Origin: Candidatus Uhrbacteria bacterium | Lineage (GTDB): Bacteria > Patescibacteriota > Patescibacteriia > UBA9934 | NCBI GenBank assembly: GCA_963822405.1 | Contig: CAWGHH010000001.1 | Span: 293,373 to 357,372, forward strand | Direction: 5' to 3' | DNA length: 64,000 nt | In this document: positions 49,063 through 58,133 of the stretch, one piece after another | Numbering within the stretch: the first letter of the stretch is position 1 | How the letters are laid out: each line of letters opens with the position of its first letter | The notes under the pieces: model-generated | Seen by the model: only the letters and a program-made list of their open reading frames with translations | Database searches by the model: none | What the model was told of the DNA's origin: nothing | Made by a program: the position numbers and the translations under genes

Positions 49063-49485
49063 TCATCCCGTTGTCCCGAATGCCCCTCGGTTCTTCGCGT
49101 TCATTTCGCCATCGATGAGTTCCGGTCTAACAATCGGCACGATCACTCCCTGGACAATACGTTCTCCCTTCTCGATTTTATAAGCTTCCTGGCCGAAATT
49201 ATGCATAAAAGCAAAAATTTCGTCTTCTGGACCACAGTAGTCCATATCGACTACTCCCGTTCCGTTTGCAATGCGAATTCCTTTTTTGGCATTGCTTCCT
49301 CTGGGAAAGAGTAGAAGAACATGGCCTTCTGGAACTTGGACTACTAGACCGGTACGGATTTTCTTTCGTTCTCCAGGTAAAAGGACCACTTCTTCAATGC
49401 TCGCAATATCAAATCCACAGGCACCTTCAGTTTTGTACTCAGGCATTGGGACATCCGGGGTAAGTCTTCGAATAGTGACTTGCAT
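49063..49485 (-). CDS. dut: dUTP diphosphatase
   Basis: GACGFD, GVVDMDYCG, GERIVQ, RGAFGTTG. Confidence 0.92.
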   Translation of the reverse strand: MQVTIRRLTPDVPMPEYKTEGACGFDIASIEEVVLLPGERKKIRTGLVVQVPEGHVLLLFPRGSNAKKGIRIANGTGVVDMDYCGPEDEIFAFMHNFGQEAYKIEKGERIVQGVIVPIVRPELIDGEMNAKNRGAFGTTG

Positions 49486-49561
49486 AGAAATAGGAAAGCC
49501 GACGTACAAGCATGGGGTGCGTCGGCTTCAGAGCCGAATGTGCCATCACCCGGGAAACAAA

Positions 49562-50086
49562 TCAACGAGGAGATGTGGACAGATGCGTTGTGAACCGTAA
49601 AAGGGCACTTGTTTCGCCTAACTTTTCCGCACTTAAGAGTTTGAAGGAAAAATCTCTTTGTAGAATTTGGGCGAGTGGGACGCCGGAAAAGAATAATTGA
49701 GCTTCTACGGTAAGGGCGAGCTCGTCCACTAGATCAGCATTCAAGAATTGAGAGTACACGCTTGATCCGCCAGCGATTACTACTGATGTAAAGCCACGTG
49801 TTTCTAGGTTTTGCAGAATAATTCGTAGATTACCCGAAGCAGTTTCTACACTTCCTGGAACCGTTTGCACATCGACTGGGTTTTCTGTCAGTACGATGAT
49901 CAGCCTGCCTGGTAGTGGTTTGCCAATAGTGGCAAAAGTTGTCCGGCCCATGATCATGACGCCAGCTTTTTTAGTTTCTTCGACAAAGAATTTCTTGTCT
50001 TCCTTACTGGTCCAATCCGCCAGTTCATTAGTATTTCGAGCAATAAATCCGTTGGCGGTAATAGCGGCGAGGAGAATGACATGCAT
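49562..50086 (-). CDS. Dihydrofolate reductase family protein
   Basis: AAITANGFI, WTSKED, IMGRTTF..I..PLPGR, IAGG; start trimmed to MHVILLAA. Confidence 0.88.
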   Translation of the reverse strand: MHVILLAAITANGFIARNTNELADWTSKEDKKFFVEETKKAGVMIMGRTTFATIGKPLPGRLIIVLTENPVDVQTVPGSVETASGNLRIILQNLETRGFTSVVIAGGSSVYSQFLNADLVDELALTVEAQLFFSGVPLAQILQRDFSFKLLSAEKLGETSALLRFTTHLSTSPR

Positions 50087-50175
50087 AGGAATTTTTTCAA
50101 GAGTATGCGCGAGGAGTTCGGTCTTGTCTATGTATTGAAACGTTGATAATCTCCTCTGGCTAATTAGGAGGCCGA

Positions 50176-50682
50176 ATGTCCGACGATACGACGAGGGACG
50201 AGAAAGAGTTGCCGGCTTGGATGTTGAGCCCCGTGGCCAACACGGACTATGCCAAACGCAGTCCGGCGTACTACGCTCAATTGCTTGAGTCTGAGCGAAC
50301 CGGTCAGTGCATCTTCTGTGCTCCGGGATTCCCGAATGATCAGCGGATCGTTTGGGAGGGGCACGGATGGGTGCTGTGTGAATGCCGGCCGCGCCGGAGA
50401 GACAAAGAGGGCGTTGAGGTGGAGGATCACCTCTTGTTCTATCCACGCGCTCACGGCGAGGGCATGAACAGTGAGGACTGGGCTGCGCTTGGCGCTGCGT
50501 ACGAGTTCATCACGACTGTGCTCGGGTGGACGGGCGGTGGGCTTGGTTGGCGGTTTGGGGATCCCGCGATCTCTGGGCGAACGATCGTTCATCGCCACAT
50601 GCACTTCCTCCGCCCGCGACAGAAGTTCCACGAAGACCCCGGGGTGACCCGCGCCGTAGCGGTGGACTTCCCGATCGGTTAG
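50176..50682 (+). CDS. HIT family protein (GC-rich)
   Basis: CIFC and HRHMH histidine triad; AGGAGG SD; terminator at 50707-50737. Confidence 0.75.
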   Translation: MSDDTTRDEKELPAWMLSPVANTDYAKRSPAYYAQLLESERTGQCIFCAPGFPNDQRIVWEGHGWVLCECRPRRRDKEGVEVEDHLLFYPRAHGEGMNSEDWAALGAAYEFITTVLGWTGGGLGWRFGDPAISGRTIVHRHMHFLRPRQKFHEDPGVTRAVAVDFPIG

Positions 50683-50765
50683 AGCGTACGCCACGTTTCT
50701 CCTTTTGACCCGTTGCGTTATGCGCAACGGGTCTTTGTATTGGTTTGGGTTATCCCCATGTGCAT

Positions 50766-50791
50766 GTAGGGGTCGACCCGTGCGTCGACCC
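50766..50791 (+). repeat. GTAG-family REP hairpin
   Basis: GTAG-GGGTCGAC-CCGTGC-GTCGACCC. Confidence 0.75.
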
Positions 50792-50826
50792 TTGCTAATA
50801 TGCGGTAAGAATGAATTTTCGCCAAT

Positions 50827-51720
50827 ATGATGAAGCCTTACGGTGAACGCACGCCAGACCGTCAGTATCACGATCTCCTTGAGCGCATTATGCGTGAAGG
50901 GGTAGAGGTTTCGCCTATCCAGGGGGAGAAGTCAAAGATGGTACTTGGTCATCAGATGCGTTTTGCTTTTTCGAATGGTTTCCCGATGATTACGGAGCGC
51001 GACTTGTCCGGTAAGTTCATGGTCGGCGCGTTGGCCGAGCATATTGCGTTCCTGCACGGCGCTCGCACGCAAGCTGAGCTGACGGAGTGGGGTTGTGCCT
51101 GGTGGAAGCGCTGGGTCACTAAAGAGCGTTGCGATATTTTCGGCTTGCCTGAGGGTGACCTTGGTCCCGGTTCTTATGGTTCAGCTTGGACGGCGTTTCC
51201 AACGGCGGAAGGCATGCCATTTAATCAGATCAAAGAAGTCGTTCAGCAGATCAAAGACAAGCCGAACTTACGCACTCATATTATTTCTCCTTGGATTCCG
51301 CAGTATTGTATTCAGAACTCGACGCTCCCGCCCCGCAAAGTTGTTGTCGCTCCGTGCCACGGCTATTTGCATATTCTTGTTTACCCGGAGACGAAGGAAA
51401 TTTCGGTTCATCACTTTCAGCGTTCCGGCGACATTCCAGTTGGCGTTGTATTTAACATGATCCAGTACGCTTCTTTCCTGATGATGATCGGTCAAGTCAC
51501 TGGTTACACGCCAAAAGAACTCGTCTATACGATCAGCGACGCGCATATCTATGAGAGCCAGTACGAGAAAGTGAAGGAGCTACTCGCCCGCGAGCCAAAG
51601 CCATTCCCGACCATGACCATGGATTCTTCTATCACCGATATTTTCGCTTTTAGACCAGAACATTTCGTTGTCAGTGAGTACGAGGCGCATCCAGCCATGG
51701 TAATTCCGACGCCAGTATGA
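50827..51720 (+). CDS. thyA: Thymidylate synthase
   Basis: APCH catalytic Cys, QRSGD, FN, DAHIY. Confidence 0.93.
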   Translation: MMKPYGERTPDRQYHDLLERIMREGVEVSPIQGEKSKMVLGHQMRFAFSNGFPMITERDLSGKFMVGALAEHIAFLHGARTQAELTEWGCAWWKRWVTKERCDIFGLPEGDLGPGSYGSAWTAFPTAEGMPFNQIKEVVQQIKDKPNLRTHIISPWIPQYCIQNSTLPPRKVVVAPCHGYLHILVYPETKEISVHHFQRSGDIPVGVVFNMIQYASFLMMIGQVTGYTPKELVYTISDAHIYESQYEKVKELLAREPKPFPTMTMDSSITDIFAFRPEHFVVSEYEAHPAMVIPTPV

Positions 51721-52157
51721 GCTTTGTGAATCCGAATAACTCAAAGCGCGGCGACTACGCAAAAGTAATTGACGACATAGCCAAAGAAAAAATCTGTCCT
51801 TTTTGTGCTGAACATATTCATCGAATTCATCCGAATCCAATTGTTGAAAAGACTTACTGGCTAGTGACAGATAATGCGTATCCGTATAAACCGGTAAAAC
51901 AGCACATTCTTCTGGTGTACAGAGCGCACATTGAACACGTCAGTGAATTGTCGAAGGAGGCCTGGAGTGAGTTGCAGGATATTATTGTCGAGCTATCTGT
52001 GGCCAGGGGTATTCTCGGCGGGGCTTTGATGATGCGTTTCGGTGAAACTAAATACACCGGAGCTTCCGTCACGCACCTACACGCCCAGCTCGTCCAAGGA
52101 GATCCTGAGAGTCCTGAATACGATCCGACGAAGGGAGTCATGTGTAGAATCGGTTAG
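51717..52157 (+). CDS. HIT family protein
   Basis: CPFC, NAYPY, HLHAQ; overlaps thyA stop (ATGA). Confidence 0.8.
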   Translation: MSFVNPNNSKRGDYAKVIDDIAKEKICPFCAEHIHRIHPNPIVEKTYWLVTDNAYPYKPVKQHILLVYRAHIEHVSELSKEAWSELQDIIVELSVARGILGGALMMRFGETKYTGASVTHLHAQLVQGDPESPEYDPTKGVMCRIG

Positions 52158-52519
52158 GTGAATATCCATACTGACCTGATTCTTCTATTTAAGAGGGGGT
52201 AGACCCTGACGCCAGGAAGGGTCTAGAGGTGATGCTATTGGAATGTGCATTTCTCGGCGGGGAGGGTCCTTGATGGCACGAGAAACTTCTATCTGAAAAC
52301 ATTGAGCTGTGTTAAATGCCGCGGGTCTCCTCGATGAGATACAAAGAAAAGGATGCTGATGCGTTTAGTGACTTCAAGATACAGATTTTCTTTTCTGCAA
52401 ACCGTCCTCCAGGTGTACACTTGCGGTACACCAGATTCGAGTGCTCCAACAGAACAATACCTACCCCGACACTCTACAAAAAATCACTCACGCCCTTCTT
52501 CCTTTAAAAGAATCTCCTC

Positions 52520-53332
52520 TTATTGCACTAGTACGATCTCGACATTGAACGCTTTAAAGATTTGCTCAGCATCTACTCTTGAATATCCCTTCTCATAATA
52601 AACTTTCGAAATTCCTGCTTCGCAAATCAAACGGGCGCAGTTGGGGCAGGGGAAGACCGTTGAATAGAGAGACGAGCCTTGAAGGGCGATGCCGTCACGA
52701 GCGGCTTGAGCAATGGCGCTTGCTTCGGCGTGAATTGCCGTGCAGATGTCCAGGTTAGTTCCGGCGTCAAAATTGCTTCGTGGGTCACTGTGCGCTGCCA
52801 GGTGATAGTCCGTTGGCAGATGTCGGTTATGCGCCTTCGCTACCATCATGCCGTCCCGGACAATCACTACGCCAACTTGCCGCCACCAGTCGGCGCTCTT
52901 TGCAGATTCGTCGGTTGCCAGGTGAATGAAATGATTGTGCAGTTCTTCGTGCGTGATAACTCGATTAGGGTCAACGACATGTTCGGCCGTAGTAATCTGC
53001 TTGTCCCAGCGCAAGAACACAGGTTCAAAAATCACTTCAGCATTTGGAAAATACTGCGCATGAATTGCGTGCGAAACGTCGTCTTCTGGCATGATGAGTG
53101 ACTGCCCGTCGAGCGTCTCGAGGCTCGATTTATTCATGACGAACACCTCATCAAAAAGCTCCAGTGCAAAAACAGCTTTACGCATCTCGGCCGGATCAAT
53201 CACTCGCAGATCCCTTGTGAGCGAAGTGAAATCCGCAATGACATCAGCGCCAAGAATCCCGAGTTGCCCCGGATATTTTCTGAATAGCTCTACATAGCCT
53301 TTATGAAGCACCGGCACGAACGCGATGAGCAT
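52520..53332 (-). CDS. dCMP deaminase-like protein with extra N-terminal domain
   Basis: HAE and PCPNC zinc motifs; start trimmed to MLIAFVPVLH. Confidence 0.85.
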   Translation of the reverse strand: MLIAFVPVLHKGYVELFRKYPGQLGILGADVIADFTSLTRDLRVIDPAEMRKAVFALELFDEVFVMNKSSLETLDGQSLIMPEDDVSHAIHAQYFPNAEVIFEPVFLRWDKQITTAEHVVDPNRVITHEELHNHFIHLATDESAKSADWWRQVGVVIVRDGMMVAKAHNRHLPTDYHLAAHSDPRSNFDAGTNLDICTAIHAEASAIAQAARDGIALQGSSLYSTVFPCPNCARLICEAGISKVYYEKGYSRVDAEQIFKAFNVEIVLVQ

Positions 53333-53336
53333 ATTC

Positions 53337-53888
53337 TTACTCGCCAATTTGCTGGAGAAATTTAGCAATAAGCTCATTCACTTCTTTGGCGAGCTTTTCA
53401 GCCCCTTCGATTGTTAGGTTTCTAATTCGCGCAGTCGTCGTTGTTGTTGCTTGTGCTGGAAGAACTACGATTTCACCACAGCAATCTTTATACTCGTTTA
53501 TGTGCTCTTGACTCACGTCTTTAGTCGAGCCAGAGAAGACCATGACATCAGGTCGAATATTATTAATAACATCACCCAGCCCCTCGCTTGCTTCTTTGAT
53601 GGTCACAATATCAACATGGCGCAGATGCAATAGCATGTTCACGCGTTCGTTTTGTGGGACGATCGGGCGCTTTGGTCCTTTGCGCATGCGCGTCAGCTCG
53701 TCAGAATCAACAGCTACAATTAAAACATCGCCCAGTGCCTTTGCCTTTTCGAGGTACAGCGCGTGCCCCTCGTGGATAAGGTCATAAACGCCTTGAGTGA
53801 GGACTACTTTCATCCCCAAATTCTTCATGCTTTGCACGATTTTTTGCAGTTCAGCCTTATCCGTAATATAGCGTTGGGGGATGTTCAT
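53337..53888 (-). CDS. Adenylyl/cytidylyltransferase family protein
   Basis: GVYDLIHEGH, VAVDSD, KGPKRPI, TTTARI. Confidence 0.85.
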   Translation of the reverse strand: MNIPQRYITDKAELQKIVQSMKNLGMKVVLTQGVYDLIHEGHALYLEKAKALGDVLIVAVDSDELTRMRKGPKRPIVPQNERVNMLLHLRHVDIVTIKEASEGLGDVINNIRPDVMVFSGSTKDVSQEHINEYKDCCGEIVVLPAQATTTTTARIRNLTIEGAEKLAKEVNELIAKFLQQIGE

Positions 53889-53912
53889 ACGCACACACCT
53901 TAGCAAGTCAGA

Positions 53913-54899
53913 TTATGGGGGAGAAGGGCGGGTGTGCATGAGTTTTTCCCGGGCGTCAGCTTGGTAATCAATAATATTTGAAGCGTAAAGAGGATTAGCT
54001 GTTTTCCAGTCTTGGCCATTGTAGAAACTGGCAAACTCGTCAGCATGTTTCTCAAGTGGCAGAATAGAGCGCAGTTTCGCGTCAGAATTTCCACTTTTCT
54101 CTATAAGAAAAGCTAGGCACAGTTTTGCGGCATTTACTGGATTATACGTTTGACCTCTAGTCAGCTGAAGTTTTTGTCTGGCCTCTAATCCCTCGCCTTC
54201 GTCGAGTATATGAAAATACGAATATGAGAACGCGTGGTGAGTTGGCTGATAGAGATGTTGTTCAAAATCTCCAATATGCTCTTTTCCTGATTCTTGCTTG
54301 GCAATGGCTGCCAGTGAGGCAATTAGGTCTTTTTCGGAGATAATCTTCAAGATGTGATTGATGCCATCTCGGTATTCTGGATTTAGTTTCATTTCATGAA
54401 TCGCTCGACGAGCATATTCTGAAAAATCCTCATCACTAATTATTCTCTCGGCATTTTTTTGGGGAATTGGAATCTCTCTTGCGTCCAGCAAATCTTTATC
54501 ATCGATATTGAACGAGACGAGCCGGCGATTTTGTTTTTTTAAGTAAGAATACTGTGGGTATTTGGTTAGCTTTTCTTTAATGCTTGCTACAGTGTCTCCT
54601 GGTACGACCTCGTAAAAATCAAGTCCGATATCATGAAAAATTACCTCGCCATGTTCTAGCGTTTCCGTTCGAAGCCTTCGTTCCTCCTCAGAGAATTCGC
54701 CATTTTCGACTTCACGAAATGCATCGTCATCAAGCGCAATCACGTCGAATTTTCCTGGATGAGAATCGGGGATGGACTCGTCTTTTATTGGATTCATCCC
54801 GAGCGTACCGAGTAATGCAAAGTTACGCGCTGTTCTTTGCCAGCGGGCTATTCGGGTTGGTTCTTCGATATATGGTTTTCCTCGACCGACTTCTAACAT
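53913..54899 (-). CDS. Putative LysM-like plus lysozyme/transglycosylase-like protein
   Basis: YEVVPGDTVASI; AIAKQESG; FASFYNG. Confidence 0.45.
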   Translation of the reverse strand: MLEVGRGKPYIEEPTRIARWQRTARNFALLGTLGMNPIKDESIPDSHPGKFDVIALDDDAFREVENGEFSEEERRLRTETLEHGEVIFHDIGLDFYEVVPGDTVASIKEKLTKYPQYSYLKKQNRRLVSFNIDDKDLLDAREIPIPQKNAERIISDEDFSEYARRAIHEMKLNPEYRDGINHILKIISEKDLIASLAAIAKQESGKEHIGDFEQHLYQPTHHAFSYSYFHILDEGEGLEARQKLQLTRGQTYNPVNAAKLCLAFLIEKSGNSDAKLRSILPLEKHADEFASFYNGQDWKTANPLYASNIIDYQADAREKLMHTRPSPP

Positions 54900-54917
54900 A
54901 TATGAGCAGTATAAACT

Positions 54918-54957
54918 AAAAGACCCAAGGACCGTATTTTGGTTCTTGGATCTTTTT
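54918..54957 (-). terminator. Terminator downstream of rplA
   Basis: AAAAGACCCAAGGACC...GGTTCTTGGATCTTTTT inverted repeat. Confidence 0.65.
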
Positions 54958-54979
54958 CTCCTTTTTGCTTGATTCTGTT

Positions 54980-55666
54980 TTACAGTCCAGCAACTTCCAA
55001 ACGAACTGCAGGGCCCATGGTGGACGTCATAGTGACGGACTTCATGAAGATACCCTTTGAGCTCTGTGGCTTGGAACGGCTGATAGCGTCAATAGCTGCG
55101 TTAGCATTTGAAACTAGCTTCTCTGCGTCAAACGAAGCCTTGCCAATGATCATGTGAACGTTGGCAGTGTTGTCGTTCTTGAAGGAGAGCTTACCGGCCT
55201 TCTGTTCCTCAATCATCTTGCTGATGTTTGGGCCAACAGTGTCAGTCTTTGGGTTAGGCATGAGTCCGCGAGGTCCAAGGATCTTAGCGGCGCGGGCGAG
55301 CTTAGGCATCATGCTAGGAACGGCAACCGCGACTTCGAAGTCGATTTTGCCAGTCTTAACTAGGTTCTCAAGATACTCTTCAGTACCAATGATATCTGCG
55401 CCAGCGGCCTTAGCAGCGGCTTCGTTAGCTGCGTCAACGAAGGCAATAACCTTCTTGCTCTTGCCCGTCCCGTGTGGGAGGGTGATCGTACCGCGGATGA
55501 GCTGGTCGCCCATCTTTGGATCAATACCGAGGTTGAAGTGCAATTCTACGGTTTCGTCGAATTTTGCAGTTGCATCCTTTTTCACTAGCTCAACCGCGTC
55601 CTTAATGGCGTAGGCTTTGCTCTTTTCTACTGTAGCTTTTAATTCTGAGAAGCGTTTACCGTGCAT
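54980..55666 (-). CDS. rplA: 50S ribosomal protein L1
   Basis: KFDETVE, LPHGTGK, LGPRGLMPNPK, STMGP. Confidence 0.97.
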   Translation of the reverse strand: MHGKRFSELKATVEKSKAYAIKDAVELVKKDATAKFDETVELHFNLGIDPKMGDQLIRGTITLPHGTGKSKKVIAFVDAANEAAAKAAGADIIGTEEYLENLVKTGKIDFEVAVAVPSMMPKLARAAKILGPRGLMPNPKTDTVGPNISKMIEEQKAGKLSFKNDNTANVHMIIGKASFDAEKLVSNANAAIDAISRSKPQSSKGIFMKSVTMTSTMGPAVRLEVAGL

Positions 55667-55675
55667 ATGTTTGGT

Positions 55676-55705
55676 GTGGTATTAGTGCTCTTTTGGAGCT
55701 CCCAC
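55676..55705 (-). promoter_or_regulatory. Putative L1 autoregulatory mRNA site
   Basis: GTGGGAG-CTC...GAG-CACTAATACCAC just before rplA ATG; resembles the GGGAG/CUAA L1-binding motif. Confidence 0.55.
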
Positions 55706-55732
55706 GATGGACGTGGCAAGCCACGTCCTTAC

Positions 55733-56140
55733 TTATTTAGATTCTTTTCTTTCCTCTAACCAATCCTTATACACAAACCGGAAGTGAAGTCCGAACAGAG
55801 GCAGGGCAATGATGATTAGAGCGATGTCATGGATGGCGTTCGTTGCTTTCATGCGACGATAGTTTTCCACGTTCGTTACATTTCGCGCTTCACAGTCTTT
55901 GCGCAGGGCCGCTTCGTCTGGCTTCACATAGTCTTTAGTCATCGGCACAGGTGCGGCCGGATAGCCCATGAGAACGTTAGAACAGTTCTCAAGGTAATCC
56001 GGAACGTCAGCCACTTTGAAGATATAACTCTTCAGGCCGAGTGACACAAGATCAATCGCTCCAAACATTAGCGTGACGAGCGTGATCGCCGAGATGACGG
56101 CGAAGTACAAACGTAGAATCCATGATGAGCCTTTGGTCAT
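55733..56140 (-). CDS. DUF5671-like membrane protein
   Basis: LRLYFAVISAITL...ALIIIALPLFGLHFR pattern. Confidence 0.6.
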   Translation of the reverse strand: MTKGSSWILRLYFAVISAITLVTLMFGAIDLVSLGLKSYIFKVADVPDYLENCSNVLMGYPAAPVPMTKDYVKPDEAALRKDCEARNVTNVENYRRMKATNAIHDIALIIIALPLFGLHFRFVYKDWLEERKESK

Positions 56141-56157
56141 AGGCCTCAAGTATACGC

Positions 56158-56583
56158 CTAGGCCTCTACATCAACTCCCATCTGTCGTGCAGTACCAGCA
56201 ATGATCTTCATAGCTGCGTCTACATCTTTTGTGTTCAAGTCTGGCATCTTGCGTTCAGCAATGTCACGGAGCTGGGCCTTAGTGAGCTTGCCAACTTTTT
56301 CCGTGAGTGGCTTGCCGGAACCTGCTTTGAGGTTCAGCATCTTCTTAATCATGTCAGAGGCTGGAGCCGTCTTCAGGATGAAAGAGAATGAACGATCTTC
56401 GAAAATGGTGATAACAGCTGGTACGGTTTCTCCACGGCGATCCTGCGTTTTCGCATTGAACTCCATGACGAAGGCCTGGATGTTAATACCTTGCTGACCG
56501 AGCACCGGACCAAGTGGTGGTGCTGGTGTAGCCGCACCTCCAATTGCTTGCACTTTGATGATAGCCTTGATTTTCTTGGCCAT
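56158..56583 (-). CDS. rplK: 50S ribosomal protein L11
   Basis: ATPAPPLGPVLG, KTAPAS, KMPDLN, GTARQMG; start trimmed to MAKKIK. Confidence 0.97.
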   Translation of the reverse strand: MAKKIKAIIKVQAIGGAATPAPPLGPVLGQQGINIQAFVMEFNAKTQDRRGETVPAVITIFEDRSFSFILKTAPASDMIKKMLNLKAGSGKPLTEKVGKLTKAQLRDIAERKMPDLNTKDVDAAMKIIAGTARQMGVDVEA

Positions 56584-56746
56584 ACGAGTGTTTTTATTAG
56601 TAGATTCCCAGGAATTTACCTGAGCGACTACCTCGTGAATTACGGCCGGATTGTGCCGTTTTTGCGAAGTAATGTCAAATACGACAGAGATGGGGGTGTA
56701 CACTGTCACTGTTGCCTAGCTAATTTTGATCGTAAAGTATTTCATT

Positions 56747-57166
56747 ATGGAAAAGACGTTTATTTGGACGAACGAGTATTCGGTGCACGTAGCTGAAATT
56801 GATGAACAACATAAAGAGTTTTTGAATATCTGTAATGGTTTGGTCGAATTGTCCAAGGATCCATCTTTTACGCAGGAAGAGGCCTTGAAGAGAGTCGCTA
56901 AGCTTGGAGATTACGCTTTTTATCACTTGGCTTTTGAAGAAGAATTATTCGTGAAGACAGGCTATCCAGACGGTCCATTGCATACTGAAGTCCATGACAA
57001 ATTTAGAGAGAAAGCGAAGAGTGTTATTGATCTGGCTCGGCAGGGTGGTATCGAGACTAAAGAACTGACAGACATTGCAGATTTTGCTGTGAGTTGGATC
57101 TTGGGACATATCTTGCATATGGATAAGAAGTATTCTGATTACTTTAATGCCCACGGGATCAAGTAG
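56747..57166 (+). CDS. Bacteriohemerythrin
   Basis: W...YSV...IDEQH, HLAFEEELF, HTEVH, WILGHILHMD. Confidence 0.9.
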   Translation: MEKTFIWTNEYSVHVAEIDEQHKEFLNICNGLVELSKDPSFTQEEALKRVAKLGDYAFYHLAFEEELFVKTGYPDGPLHTEVHDKFREKAKSVIDLARQGGIETKELTDIADFAVSWILGHILHMDKKYSDYFNAHGIK

Positions 57167-57182
57167 TTTGTAGATCAAAAAC

Positions 57183-57211
57183 AAAACGAGCTCCGCGAGG
57201 GGCTCGTTTTG
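57183..57211. terminator. Bidirectional terminator
   Basis: AAAACGAGCTCC-GCGA-GGGGCTCGTTTT. Confidence 0.8.
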
Positions 57212-57217
57212 TGCTTT

Positions 57218-57763
57218 TTAAACCTTTTTGACTTGAAGGAAATCCAGTTCAAGTGGTGTTTCACGGCCGAACATAGAGACCATGACTTTGATCTTGCCAC
57301 GGGCTTCATCCACCTCCTCGACCTTGCCCTGTTGGGCTTTGAATGGACCGTCAGTGATGGCCACGATGTCGCCTTTAGTGACGTCAATCTTGAATTCTGG
57401 TTCTGAGACGCCTACGCGCTTCATGAGGGCGTCGACTTCTTCTTGAGCAATTGGGGTAGGGGTGTTACCGGTTCCAATGAAGCCGGTGACGTTTGGGGTG
57501 TTGCGAACAACGTACCAAGAATCATCCGTTACGATCATCTCGACTAGCACATAGCCAGGGAAGATCTTCTCTTCTATTACTTTACGAGCGCCGTTCTTGA
57601 TTTTGATCTTCTTTTCTTTTGGCACAATAACCGCGAAGATTTTCTCCGACATGTCCATGGTGTCAATGCGCTGTTTTAAGCTCTCCGTCACGTTCTCCTC
57701 ATATCCGGAGTAGGTGTGGATAGCGTACCAGCGTCGGCCGTAATTGGCTGTTTGTTTTGCCAT
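57218..57763 (-). CDS. nusG: Transcription termination/antitermination factor NusG
   Basis: WYAIHTYSGYE, FPGYVLV, ITDGPF, FGRETPLEL. Confidence 0.97.
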   Translation of the reverse strand: MAKQTANYGRRWYAIHTYSGYEENVTESLKQRIDTMDMSEKIFAVIVPKEKKIKIKNGARKVIEEKIFPGYVLVEMIVTDDSWYVVRNTPNVTGFIGTGNTPTPIAQEEVDALMKRVGVSEPEFKIDVTKGDIVAITDGPFKAQQGKVEEVDEARGKIKVMVSMFGRETPLELDFLQVKKV

Positions 57764-57768
57764 AAAAA

Positions 57769-57981
57769 TTATTTGCCTGAAGTGAGCTGTACCAAAGCCT
57801 TAAGGCCAACTGTGAATAGCTCGTCAATTACCCCAAAGTAAGTGGCAAGGACGAAGCAGACACCAACCACTACACTAGAGTATAGCAAGGCCTGTTTTTG
57901 GGTGGGCCAGGTCACTTTTTTGAGTTCGTCCCGCGCTTCCAGGAAGTACCGGACAGCTGGGTTCTTTGTCAGACTAAACAT
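57769..57981 (-). CDS. secE: Preprotein translocase subunit SecE
   Basis: ELKKVTWP plus TM helix; upstream of nusG. Confidence 0.93.
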   Translation of the reverse strand: MFSLTKNPAVRYFLEARDELKKVTWPTQKQALLYSSVVVGVCFVLATYFGVIDELFTVGLKALVQLTSGK

Positions 57982-58133
57982 ATAAGTTTTTAAAAAACCC
58001 CTACCCGGGGAATTTCTTAGCGCGATGATACCAAGTATTAAATGGCTTGGCAAGACCTTTGCACACGTCTAGCCCAGAAAAGTGCGGTATACTTCATGAA
58101 GAATTAACAGGGGGTATTTTTTGTCTGTATATT

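Noticed and set aside
49562-50871. Long ORFs 49562..50446 (extended) and 50164..50871 on the minus strand
   Set aside because: The extension and the second ORF are shadows of the GC-rich HIT gene; only the DHFR-like part from 50086 has motifs
52158-52519. Gene or repeat element in the gap between HIT and deaminase
   Set aside because: Only weak ORFs, one hairpin (TAGACCCT...AGGGTCTA) and a faint heptamer-like tract near 52460; not enough to call
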